From assembly GCA_041613315.1 (NCBI GenBank), contig JBFJHJ010000001.1, positions 1,452 through 65,451 of the forward strand: a stretch of 64,000 nt of DNA, read 5' to 3'. The notes below the pieces were generated by a model that saw only the letters and a program-made list of their open reading frames with translations, had not been told where the DNA came from and did not search any database. A program made the position numbers and the translations under genes. This document shows, piece by piece, positions 29,396-37,660 of the stretch (the first letter of the stretch is position 1; each line of letters starts with the position of its first letter). Source of the DNA: Gemmatimonadales bacterium (lineage in GTDB: Bacteria > Gemmatimonadota > Gemmatimonadetes > Gemmatimonadales > GWC2-71-9).

Positions 29396-30287
29396 GGCCC
29401 TCTGGCTGTCCGTCTTCGCGGCATGCCTCGCGCCCGGCGCGGGCCTGGCGCAGGACTCCCTGCTCCTGCGCTACCGGCCGTTGCCCGGGGCGGTCGTGCA
29501 CCTGCTGGCCTCCACCGACGTGACCATGGCGATTCGGGACGTGAGCGGCGCCGCGACCGAGGCCGGGGTCCCCGACAGCATCACGTTGGAGACGACGATG
29601 CGGCAGAGCCTTACCGAGCGCGTCCGGCAGGCGGCGGAGGGCCGCTACCTGCTCGAGCGGACGCTCGACTCCACCCGGCTGCGTCTGCGCGCGATGGCGG
29701 GCGCGTGGTCCGAGCGACCGATGGACGCGGCGAGAGGCCGGACGGCACGGGTCGTCATGAACAGCCGTCTCCAGATGGGGGACTTCCAGCTCGTGGACGG
29801 TGACGGGGCGCCGGCCGTCGCCACCAACGCGCTCCGGGCCGGCGCGACGGGGTACGAGCTCGGCTTCCCCGACGAGCCGGTGGCGGCCGGACAGAGTTGG
29901 ACGGCCGAGGTGATCTATCCCTTTGCCAACCCGATCGAGCTCGAAGGCGCGGCACGGGCGCTCGTTGCGAACGCCGAGCTCATCGCCCGAGCGACGGTGA
30001 TCCTCGACAGTCTGGTCGCGCGCCCATCCGATACGCTGGCGTACCTGCGCATGTCGGGCACGTTCCTGCCGCTCACCATTCCGGCGTCACCTGAGTCCGG
30101 CCGTGGCGCGACCGACGTGACCGGCGCGTTGGCGGGCCGGCTGATCTGGTCCACCGGGTGGAACGCTTTCGTGTCCGGCGCCTCGCGAGCGGTGATCGTG
30201 GTGCAGTCGTCCACCGGGGACTCGACCGGCCAGCCGGCGACGCGCCTGCGCTTCGACGCCACGAGCCGGTTCCGCGTGCGGCCGTGA
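29385..30287 (+). CDS. Exported protein of unknown family (paralog A)
   Basis: GGAGGA lies 8 nt upstream of the ATG, and the gene overlaps the herA end by 11 nt. Signal peptide MRREALWLSVFAACLAPGAGLA-QD. It shares the motifs LRYxPxPG, GAWSE, DSxVARxxDTLAYL and WSTGWxAFV with the next gene. Confidence 0.65.
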   Translation: MRREALWLSVFAACLAPGAGLAQDSLLLRYRPLPGAVVHLLASTDVTMAIRDVSGAATEAGVPDSITLETTMRQSLTERVRQAAEGRYLLERTLDSTRLRLRAMAGAWSERPMDAARGRTARVVMNSRLQMGDFQLVDGDGAPAVATNALRAGATGYELGFPDEPVAAGQSWTAEVIYPFANPIELEGAARALVANAELIARATVILDSLVARPSDTLAYLRMSGTFLPLTIPASPESGRGATDVTGALAGRLIWSTGWNAFVSGASRAVIVVQSSTGDSTGQPATRLRFDATSRFRVRP

Positions 30288-31132
30288 TCGCCTACACCGC
30301 GGTCGTCGCCGGCCTCCTCGTCCTGGTGCCGGCGGGCGCCCAGGCCCAGGCCGTGAGGCTGCGCTACGCACCAGTCCCGGGAACGAAGCTCACCCGCGTG
30401 TTCCAGACCTATACGCGGATGGTGGTGCGGCTTCCCGCGGCGGGTGCCGGGAAGGTGCTGGAGACGCGGGAGATGGCCGACTTGGGCGGAACCAGCGAAC
30501 TCGTCCTCCCCGGGCCCGACGGGCACCCGGTGGTGCACGTGACGGTCGACTCGCTGCGAACCCGGGAGCGGACGGAAGGGGGTGCCTGGAGTGAATCCCG
30601 AGCGGCGCTGGACTCGGTCTGGTTCCAGCTGGACTTCGACGCGCGGCTCCGGCTGCGACGGGCCAACCGCGCTGACCGCGTGCCGGAAGCGGGTGCCCTG
30701 ATGCACTTGATGACCGGTCTCCCCGGGCTCATCCTGCCCGAGCGCCCCCTCCGAGTGGGCGAGCGCTGGTCGGTCGACATGGCGATGCCCCTGTCCGCGT
30801 GGGTGATGCGGCCGTCGAGCGCCGAACGCGAACCGCCGCTCAGGGGGGAGGCGACCCTCACGGTGGACAGCGTGGTGGCGCGCACGCGAGACACCCTGGC
30901 GTATCTGAGCGTCGAGGGGACGATCGGCCCGGACACGCCGGACATCGCGACGGCCTCGGTGTACGGTGGCGGCGTAACTGGCACGCTCGTCTGGTCCACG
31001 GGGTGGCACGCCTTCGTCGCTGCCGCCACCCGCGTTCGTATGCACGTCGCGGGGCCCGCCCCGCCGACGGCTGGCGGGCCGCGGCCGCAGGTGGCGATCG
31101 AGACGACGCTTCGCCAGCAGGTCCGCCCCTAG
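30284..31132 (+). CDS. Exported protein of unknown family (paralog B)
   Basis: GTG 30284 is in frame with ORF 30158..31132 and overlaps the upstream stop (GTGA). The N-terminus is hydrophobic (IAYTAVVAGLLVLVPAGAQA-QA). It carries the same motif set as paralog A. Confidence 0.6.
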   Translation: MIAYTAVVAGLLVLVPAGAQAQAVRLRYAPVPGTKLTRVFQTYTRMVVRLPAAGAGKVLETREMADLGGTSELVLPGPDGHPVVHVTVDSLRTRERTEGGAWSESRAALDSVWFQLDFDARLRLRRANRADRVPEAGALMHLMTGLPGLILPERPLRVGERWSVDMAMPLSAWVMRPSSAEREPPLRGEATLTVDSVVARTRDTLAYLSVEGTIGPDTPDIATASVYGGGVTGTLVWSTGWHAFVAAATRVRMHVAGPAPPTAGGPRPQVAIETTLRQQVRP

Positions 31133-31136
31133 GGCC

Positions 31137-32318
31137 GTGAAGCTCGCGCACCTCGCCGACGTCCACCTGGGCTTTCGCCAGTACCACCGCCTGACGCCCA
31201 CAGGAATCAATCACCGCGAAGCCGATGTCGCTCTCGCCTTCCGCCGTACGATCGATGACGTGATCGGCACGGGGCCGGACGCGGTCGTGATCGCGGGCGA
31301 TCTGTTTCACAGCGTGCGGCCGACCAACACGGCGATCTTGGATGCGTTCAATCAGCTCCGTCGGCTCCGCGAGGCACTGCCCGCTGCCCCCGTGGTGATC
31401 GTCGCCGGCGATCATGACACGCCGCGCTCGGTCGAGACCGGCACGATCTTGCGGCTCTTCGAGGCCCTCGGCGTTCATGTGGTCGCTGCGGAAGCGCGGG
31501 AACTCGTGTTCGGCGACCTGGACCTCCGGCTCTTGTGCGTGCCGCATGCGGCGCTCGTGAGCGGCGGGCGGCCCACCCTCACCCCCAAAGGTGGAGGCAC
31601 GACCGTGCTGGTCACGCACGGCGAGGTCGCCGGCGTGCTCCCCGAGCACGCCAGCGCCCGCGAGTTCGGCGGCAGCGTCATGGAGCCCTCCGAGCTGCAT
31701 GCGGAGCGATGGGATTACGTGGCGCTCGGCCACTATCACGTTGCGCACCGGGTGCGGGACAACGCGTGGTACGCCGGCGCGCTGGAGCATGTCAGCCCCA
31801 ACCCCTGGGGCGAGCTGCAGGACGAAGCGCGCGAGGGACGGCCCGGGCAGAAGGGATGGCTCCTCGTGGACCTGAGCGACGGCGCGCGCGTGACGTTCCG
31901 GCCGGTGGTGCAGGCCCGGCGCTTCATCGATCTGAAGCCGGTGCACGGCGACGGACTCACCGCGGACGAGATCCACGCGGCCATCCGCGAGCGGGTCGAT
32001 GCGGTGGCCGGCGGCGTGACGGATCAGGTCGTGCGCCAACTCGTGTGGGACGTGCCCCGTTCGGTGGCGCGAGACCTCGACCATGAGTGGATTCGCGCGG
32101 TCAAAGCTCGGGCCCTGCACTACCATCTGGATCTCCGGCGACCCCGCCCGCAGCGCGAGGTGGGCGTGGGCGCTCCGGGCGCGCGCCAGACGCTGAACGA
32201 TCTTCTGGCGGAGTACCTCGGCCACCGGCCGCTCCCGGCCGAGCTCGACCGGACGGCGCTGGTCGCGCTGGGGCGGCGGTATATGGAGGCGGTCGACCGC
32301 GAGGCCCAGGGGACGTAG
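31137..32318 (+). CDS. sbcD: Mre11/SbcD-family nuclease
   Basis: All phosphoesterase motifs are present: DVHLG, AGDLFH, AGDHD, VTHG, GHYH. Confidence 0.9.
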   Translation: MKLAHLADVHLGFRQYHRLTPTGINHREADVALAFRRTIDDVIGTGPDAVVIAGDLFHSVRPTNTAILDAFNQLRRLREALPAAPVVIVAGDHDTPRSVETGTILRLFEALGVHVVAAEARELVFGDLDLRLLCVPHAALVSGGRPTLTPKGGGTTVLVTHGEVAGVLPEHASAREFGGSVMEPSELHAERWDYVALGHYHVAHRVRDNAWYAGALEHVSPNPWGELQDEAREGRPGQKGWLLVDLSDGARVTFRPVVQARRFIDLKPVHGDGLTADEIHAAIRERVDAVAGGVTDQVVRQLVWDVPRSVARDLDHEWIRAVKARALHYHLDLRRPRPQREVGVGAPGARQTLNDLLAEYLGHRPLPAELDRTALVALGRRYMEAVDREAQGT

Positions 32319-34748
32319 ATGCAGCTCCACCGTCTCCGCCTCGAGAACTTTCGCCAGCACGCGCAGACCGAGATCGTGTTCGGTCCCGGCATCACGGCGA
32401 TCATCGGGCCCAACGGCGTGGGGAAGACCACACTGCTCGAGGCGATCGCCTGGGCGTTCTACGGCGCCTCCGCGGCCAGGGGCAGCCGCGACACCATCCG
32501 CTGGCACCACGCCCCCGCCCGGGCATCCGTTCGCGTGGACGTCGAATTCACCCTGGGCGCCCACGAGTTCCGCGTCGTCCGAGGCCTCTACACGGCGGAG
32601 TTGTTCCAGGACGGTGCGGAGCAGCCGATCGTCATCAGTCATCAGGAGGTCAGCGCCCGGATCGAGCGTTTCCTCGGCATGACGCGAGAGGAGTTCTTCA
32701 ATACGTATTTCACCGGACAAAAAGAGCTCGCGGTCATGGCGGCGATGGGACCGACCGACCGCGCGCGCTTCCTCTCGCACGTGCTGGGGTACGACAAGCT
32801 ACGGGTGGCGCAGGACCGCCTCCGGGAGGTGCGGTCCGGCCTGCGCGGAGAGCTCGCGGGCCTTGAGCGGGGGCTGGTCGATGCGGACGAGCTCTCGCGG
32901 GAACGGGAGACGGCGGTTGCCCGACTCGCCGCGGTCAGCCGGGCCGTGGAGGAAGGGCGCACGCGGCAGGGCGCGGCGCGTCTCGCGCTCGAGCGGGAAG
33001 GCCCAGCGTGGACCCGCGCCGTCGAGATACGAGAGTCGGCGCTCTCGCTGGATGGGGAGCGACGGGTGGCGGAACGGGATGTGGACGAGGCGCGTCGCGC
33101 ATTCGAGCGGCTTGACCGCGAGCTCGCCGAGGCGCTGGCGGCGAAGGACCGGCTGGCGACGCTCGCGCCGGAACTCGACCAGGTGGCGCCCCTCAAAGCG
33201 GACCTCGAGCGCCTCGAGCGGGAGGCGCAGGGGGCCGGCCGCCGCCGGGCGTTGGAGGGACAGCAGCGCGAGGTCGCGGACCAGGTGGCCCATGTGCGGG
33301 AGCGACTGGCTGGAGCGCAGGACGCGCCGCCCCGGCTCGACGCCGCGCAGCGCGCGCTTGCGCCGGCCCGTGAGACGCTCACGGTGGCGGAGGCGGCGGA
33401 GGAGACGGCGCGGACGGCGTGGGTGCGGGACCGGCAGGACGCGGAAACGAAGCGGCAGACGTTCCGAGACCAGTATGCCGACGTGCAGAAGCACCGCCAT
33501 GCGGTCGTGGAGGCCGGGTCGGAGGGAGCGTGTCCGGTGTGCAAGCGCGCGCTGGGCGCCGTGTATCAGGAAGTGCTCGACACGTTGGAACGACAGCTGG
33601 AGGAGATCGAGGTCAAGGGCAAGTTCTTCCGGCAGCGCTACGAGCAACTCGGCACGGAGCCGGCGGAGGTTCGCGAGGCGCAGCGCCGAGCGGTTGCCGC
33701 GGCACGGCGCGTGGAAGAGGCCGTGCAGGACGTGGCGCGGTGGGAGGCGCGGGAGCGGGAGCGGGCCGAGTTGGATACGGAAGTCGCGCGGCTCGAGGAA
33801 CACCGCCGGGCACTCGAGCGCGAGGTGGCGGCGCTCCCGGACACGTATGATGCGGAACGGCACGACACGGTACGCCAGCGGCTCCGGGCGCTGGAGCCCA
33901 CGATCCAGCAGGCGGCAGAGGTGCGGGGGAAGGCCGAGCGGGCCGAGCGGCTGGTCACGGAGGCCGAAGCGGCCGAGAAGGCGCTCTCTCAGTGCGAGCA
34001 GCGCGTCAAGGATCTGCAGGCAGCCCTGGCCGATCTGGGGTACAGTGAGGAGCGTTACCATGAGGCGCGGTCGCGCTACGAGGCCGCTGCGGCCGCGGTA
34101 CGGGAGGCGGACCTGGAACTGGCGTCGGTGCAGGGAGATCTGCGGGCCTGTGAGGCGACGCTGGAGGCAGTGGCGCGGCGCATCAAGGAACGGGAGGAAC
34201 GGGCGGCGCGCCTTGTGGGCGTCCGGCGGGAGCTGGATCTCCACGACGAGCTGGACCAGACGCTCCACGACCTCCGGCTGGAGCTCAATGCGGCCATGCG
34301 GCCGGATCTGTCCGAGCGGGCGTCCGAGTTCCTCGCCGACTTGACGGACGGTCGCTATCACGAGCTGGAACTGGACGAGCAGTACCGGGTGCTGGTCATC
34401 GAAGACGGCGTCCCCAAACCCGTGATGTCCGGGGGCGAGGAGGATCTGACCAACCTGGTCCTGCGACTGGCGATCAGCCAGATGGTGGCCGAACGCGCAG
34501 GACAGCCCTTGTCCTTGCTCGTGCTCGATGAAATCTTCGGGAGTCTGGACGAGCATCGGCGGCGCAACGTGGTGGAGCTGCTCCGGCGGCTCGGTGACCG
34601 GTTCCCGCAGGTGGTGCTCATTACGCACGTCGAGTCGGTACGCGACGGCGTCGACCGGGTGCTTCGGGTGGCGTTCGACGAAGAGCGCGGGGCCGCGGTC
34701 GTGACCGACGACGAGGAGGTTCCAGTCGGTGAAGATGTGGCGGCCTGA
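32319..34748 (+). CDS. sbcC: Rad50/SbcC-family SMC-like ATPase
   Basis: Walker A GPNGVGKTT, long coiled coil with zinc hook CPVC, signature SGGEE, Walker B LLVLDE, H-loop LITHV. 809 aa. It starts immediately after the sbcD stop. Confidence 0.9.
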   Translation: MQLHRLRLENFRQHAQTEIVFGPGITAIIGPNGVGKTTLLEAIAWAFYGASAARGSRDTIRWHHAPARASVRVDVEFTLGAHEFRVVRGLYTAELFQDGAEQPIVISHQEVSARIERFLGMTREEFFNTYFTGQKELAVMAAMGPTDRARFLSHVLGYDKLRVAQDRLREVRSGLRGELAGLERGLVDADELSRERETAVARLAAVSRAVEEGRTRQGAARLALEREGPAWTRAVEIRESALSLDGERRVAERDVDEARRAFERLDRELAEALAAKDRLATLAPELDQVAPLKADLERLEREAQGAGRRRALEGQQREVADQVAHVRERLAGAQDAPPRLDAAQRALAPARETLTVAEAAEETARTAWVRDRQDAETKRQTFRDQYADVQKHRHAVVEAGSEGACPVCKRALGAVYQEVLDTLERQLEEIEVKGKFFRQRYEQLGTEPAEVREAQRRAVAAARRVEEAVQDVARWEARERERAELDTEVARLEEHRRALEREVAALPDTYDAERHDTVRQRLRALEPTIQQAAEVRGKAERAERLVTEAEAAEKALSQCEQRVKDLQAALADLGYSEERYHEARSRYEAAAAAVREADLELASVQGDLRACEATLEAVARRIKEREERAARLVGVRRELDLHDELDQTLHDLRLELNAAMRPDLSERASEFLADLTDGRYHELELDEQYRVLVIEDGVPKPVMSGGEEDLTNLVLRLAISQMVAERAGQPLSLLVLDEIFGSLDEHRRRNVVELLRRLGDRFPQVVLITHVESVRDGVDRVLRVAFDEERGAAVVTDDEEVPVGEDVAA

Positions 34749-35703
34749 GCGTGTCGTGCAGGGCCCGCGCGTGGCGTCACTCGAGGACATCCCGGCGCTC
34801 AACCGGGTGTTCTCGGATGCGTTCACCGACCGATACCGTCGGGACGGGCTGGTTGGGGTGCGAGTTCCCCAGTTGAACCCCGATATCTGGCGCTACGCGC
34901 TCGAGGATGCCGGCGACGGGGCGATGCTCTGGTACGACGAGAGCGGGGAGATCATCGCGTTCAACATCGCGCACCGCTCCGGCACCGAGGGGTGGATGGG
35001 CCCCCTCGCGGTCCGAGCCGACCGCCAGGGCCTGGGTCTTGGGCGCACGATCGTCGAGACGGCGGTCGACTGGCTTCTGGAGCGCGGTGTCACGACGCTG
35101 GGGCTTGAGACGATGCCGCGAACCGTGGACAACATCGGTTTCTATGGCCGGTTGGGCTTTCTCCCCACGTATCTGACGGTGACGATGACCGGCGAGCCCG
35201 GTCGACGCAACGTCGCCGGCCGGTTCCAGCGAGTGGGCGCGCTCCCGCCACACGCCAAGCGGGACATCGTGGCCCGGTGCCGCGAGCGGCTGACGCAAGC
35301 CGCCCCGGGCTACGATTTCAGCCGCGAGATGGAGCTGACCGACGAGTTGGGGATCGGCGACACCGTGGTACTCGAGCGAAACGGTGTCGTGGCGGGCTTC
35401 GCCCTGTGGCACTCGGCGCCGCTCGCCGAAGTGCGCCCCACGGATGAGCTCAGGATCCTCAAGCTGTTCGCCGACTCGACCGATGCGTTCGGGCGCCTGC
35501 TCGTGATGCTCGATGCCTGCGCCGCGGCGCTCGGGATCCGCCGCGTCGCCATCCGGTGCCAGACCGCCTACGCGGACGCCTACCACACCCTGCTGGCGCG
35601 GGAGTACCGCGTGCGCTGGACGGACCTCCGTATGACCTACGCGAGCTTCCGCGAAGCAACGCCGCCCGCGGGGCACGTGCTGTTTTCGAACTGGGAGATC
35701 TGA
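34729..35703 (+). CDS. GNAT-family N-acetyltransferase (two-lobed)
   Basis: GTG 34729 lies 9 nt after GAGGAGG and overlaps the sbcC end by 20 nt (an alternative ATG is at 34735). Acetyl-CoA motif VRADRQGLGLGRTIV. Confidence 0.75.
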   Translation: MKMWRPERVVQGPRVASLEDIPALNRVFSDAFTDRYRRDGLVGVRVPQLNPDIWRYALEDAGDGAMLWYDESGEIIAFNIAHRSGTEGWMGPLAVRADRQGLGLGRTIVETAVDWLLERGVTTLGLETMPRTVDNIGFYGRLGFLPTYLTVTMTGEPGRRNVAGRFQRVGALPPHAKRDIVARCRERLTQAAPGYDFSREMELTDELGIGDTVVLERNGVVAGFALWHSAPLAEVRPTDELRILKLFADSTDAFGRLLVMLDACAAALGIRRVAIRCQTAYADAYHTLLAREYRVRWTDLRMTYASFREATPPAGHVLFSNWEI

Positions 35704-35705
35704 GC

Positions 35706-35864
35706 CTACCGCTGGGCGCGATCCCGATCCACGATCCCCTTGACGAGGAAGACCGTGCCGACGGCGAGCGGCACGTGCACCCATCCACTGGGGACCGCCC
35801 ACACGAACGCCAGCGCCAGCCACAGTACGAGACAGCCCAGCGCGAGCGCGAACGCCCGGTTCAT
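35706..35864 (-). CDS. Small membrane protein (lmo0937/DUF5670-like, 52 aa)
   Basis: MNRAFALALGCLVLWLALAFVWAVPSGWVHVPLAVGTVFLVKGIVDRDRAQR has two TM helices. GGGAGG lies 7 nt upstream of ATG 35864. The longer ORF (to 36014) is Arg/Pro-rich. Confidence 0.55.
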   Translation of the reverse strand: MNRAFALALGCLVLWLALAFVWAVPSGWVHVPLAVGTVFLVKGIVDRDRAQR

Positions 35865-36003
35865 TCCGGTGCCTCCCGTCGGGGGAGCCGGCGGACGCAG
35901 ACGTGCCGAATGACGCGAGCGTGCCGGCGAGCCTTGGCAAGGTACGCGACCGACGGCGGACCGCAATACTCCCGAGAATAAGCGACAGCGGTGCTGGGCG
36001 CGC

Positions 36004-36032
36004 TTGACGGTCATCAGCGGTGTTTCTATATT
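36004..36032 (+). promoter_or_regulatory. Near-consensus sigma-70-like promoter
   Basis: TTGACG (36004-36009), 17-nt spacer, TATATT (36027-36032). It lies about 320 nt upstream of folE in the only long non-coding stretch of the window. Confidence 0.45.
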
Positions 36033-36050
36033 CGCGCACTCGCGGGGGTG

Positions 36051-36190
36051 GGGAGCAACATTATTGAGCCAACAAGCTCGACAGCGCGTCCAGGTGCGGC
36101 GGTGGATGTCATGCCCCGCTGGGGAAGGCAGAAGTCGCGGCTAGGGCGCGATAGATGTGTGTTCGGGCTTCAATAATCCTCTTCGCTCCC
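36051..36190 (+). ncRNA. Structured RNA domain in the folE leader (class unknown; cis-regulatory or independent sRNA)
   Basis: Nested long-range pairings seen by eye: GGGAGC(36051-56)/GCUCCC(36185-90); AUUAUUGAGCC(36060-70)/GGC-U-UCAAUAAU(36166-77); CGCGUCC(36085-91)/GGGCGCG(36144-50). GC content is locally lower. Confidence 0.3.
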
Positions 36191-36353
36191 GTTTTCCCCG
36201 CGCTTCCATGGGCGGGGAACTTCTGACGGCGGCTCGGCGCGTGTGACGCCGGGCCGCCATTCGCTTGCCGGCCCGGTCGAGTAGATTACGCTGCTTCCAC
36301 GGACGCCGCTGCGTGGACGTGGCAGGCGACGTCACGACGAAAGGACGGCGCTG

Positions 36354-36965
36354 GTGTCCCAGGATCCCAAGATCGTCTCGCTCAAAGAATCCGCCGCGGT
36401 CGACGGCGAACTCCGCCGCCTGGTGCGCCGGCTGCTCGAGCTCATTGGAGAGGATCCTTTGCGCGAGGGGCTGGTGCGCACGCCGGCCCGCGTGGAGGAG
36501 TCTCTCCAGTGGCTCACCCGGGGCTACCAAGAGTCGCTGGAGCAGGTGGTGGAAGGCGCGATCTTTCGGGAGTCGCACGACAACATGATCATGGTGCGCG
36601 ACATCGAGATCTACTCGCTGTGCGAGCACCACATCCTGCCGTTCTTCGGGAAGGCGCATGTGGCGTACCTGCCCGCCGGGAAGATCATTGGTCTCTCGAA
36701 GATCCCGCGGATCGTGGACATCTTCGCCCGCCGGCTGCAGATCCAGGAGCGGCTCACCGACCAGGTGGCGGATGCCATCTGCGACGTGCTGGAACCCCGT
36801 GGGGTGGGGGTCGTGATCGAGGCGTATCACCTGTGCATGATGATGCGTGGCGTCGAGAAGCAGAACTCGAAGACCGTCACCAGCGCCCTGCGCGGCCACT
36901 TCCATGACGGCAAGACGCGGGACGAGTTCTTGCGGCTGGCCCACGGAGGGAACTGGCTCGGGTGA
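36354..36965 (+). CDS. folE: GTP cyclohydrolase I
   Basis: Motifs [25 protein letters not shown] and [12 protein letters not shown] start with AAGGA 8 nt upstream. Confidence 0.95.
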   Translation: MSQDPKIVSLKESAAVDGELRRLVRRLLELIGEDPLREGLVRTPARVEESLQWLTRGYQESLEQVVEGAIFRESHDNMIMVRDIEIYSLCEHHILPFFGKAHVAYLPAGKIIGLSKIPRIVDIFARRLQIQERLTDQVADAICDVLEPRGVGVVIEAYHLCMMMRGVEKQNSKTVTSALRGHFHDGKTRDEFLRLAHGGNWLG

Positions 36966-37660
36966 GCGACCTCGCCGGCAAGGTCGCGCTGGTCACGGGC
37001 GCGAGCCGGGGCATCGGACTGGCCATCGCCGAGCGCCTCGAGGAAGCGGGAGCGCATGTCGTGCGACTGGCGCGCAGTCTCACACCCGCGACGACCGCAA
37101 CCCGGACCGACATCTCCTGCGACGTGACCGACGCCGCGGCCGTGCGGCGCGCCGTGCAGCAGCTGGTGGCGGCGGGACATGTGCCCGACATCGTGATCAA
37201 CAACGCGGGCAGCTTCTTGTTGAAGCCGCTGGGCGAGACCACCGCCGACGAATTCGAGAACCAGCTCGCCGTGAACCTCGTCGGCCCCTTCCACGTGCTC
37301 CGCGCCCTCCTTCCCTATTTGACCCAGCGTGACCGGGCGCATGTCGTGACGATCGGCAGTGTCGCCGATCACCGGCCCTACGCAGGTAATGCGGCGTACG
37401 GCGCCAGCAAGTACGGCGTTCGGGGGCTGCACGAGGTACTGGTGGAAGAGTTGCGCGGCCAAGGCATCCGCACCACGCTCATTTCGCCGGGACCCACCGA
37501 CACCCGGCTGTGGGATCCGCTGGAGCCTGAGCGGCGCGACGATGTCCCGCCGCGGGAGGCGATGCTCCACCCCGAAGACGTGGCCGACGCGGTGCTGTAC
37601 GTCCTCACCCGCCCGCCACGCGTGAGCATCGAATGGGTGCGGCTCATGCCGGTGGTGTGA
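36962..37660 (+). CDS. Short-chain dehydrogenase/reductase (possible pterin/sepiapterin-type reductase by context)
   Basis: GTG 36962 overlaps the folE stop (GTGA). Motifs TGASRGIG and YGASKYG. Confidence 0.85.
   Translation: MSDLAGKVALVTGASRGIGLAIAERLEEAGAHVVRLARSLTPATTATRTDISCDVTDAAAVRRAVQQLVAAGHVPDIVINNAGSFLLKPLGETTADEFENQLAVNLVGPFHVLRALLPYLTQRDRAHVVTIGSVADHRPYAGNAAYGASKYGVRGLHEVLVEELRGQGIRTTLISPGPTDTRLWDPLEPERRDDVPPREAMLHPEDVADAVLYVLTRPPRVSIEWVRLMPVV

Noticed and set aside
30158-30283. Longer version of paralog B starting at ATG 30158.
   Set aside because: It would overlap paralog A by 130 nt, and the added N-terminus (MERFRVRRLASGDRGAVVHRG...) is Arg-rich with no similarity to paralog A. 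GTG 30284 gives a signal-peptide-first protein collinear with paralog A.
36051-36190. Assignment of the structured domain to a known class (THF-I, THF-II/folE motif, ZTP, cobalamin, 6S RNA).
   Set aside because: I could not reproduce the conserved loop sequences of any of these from memory. The only resemblance is a GGAUGUC string and a P1/P2-like outline similar to THF-I, and the domain is about 50 nt longer than that aptamer. It needs a covariance-model search before naming.
36196-36217. Hairpin CCCCGC-N10-GCGGGG as an intrinsic terminator ending an sRNA from the 36004 promoter.
   Set aside because: It is followed by AACUUCUG rather than a U-tract, and the T-run lies on the 5' side, so it does not fit a canonical terminator on either strand. 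I kept it only as part of the structured leader.
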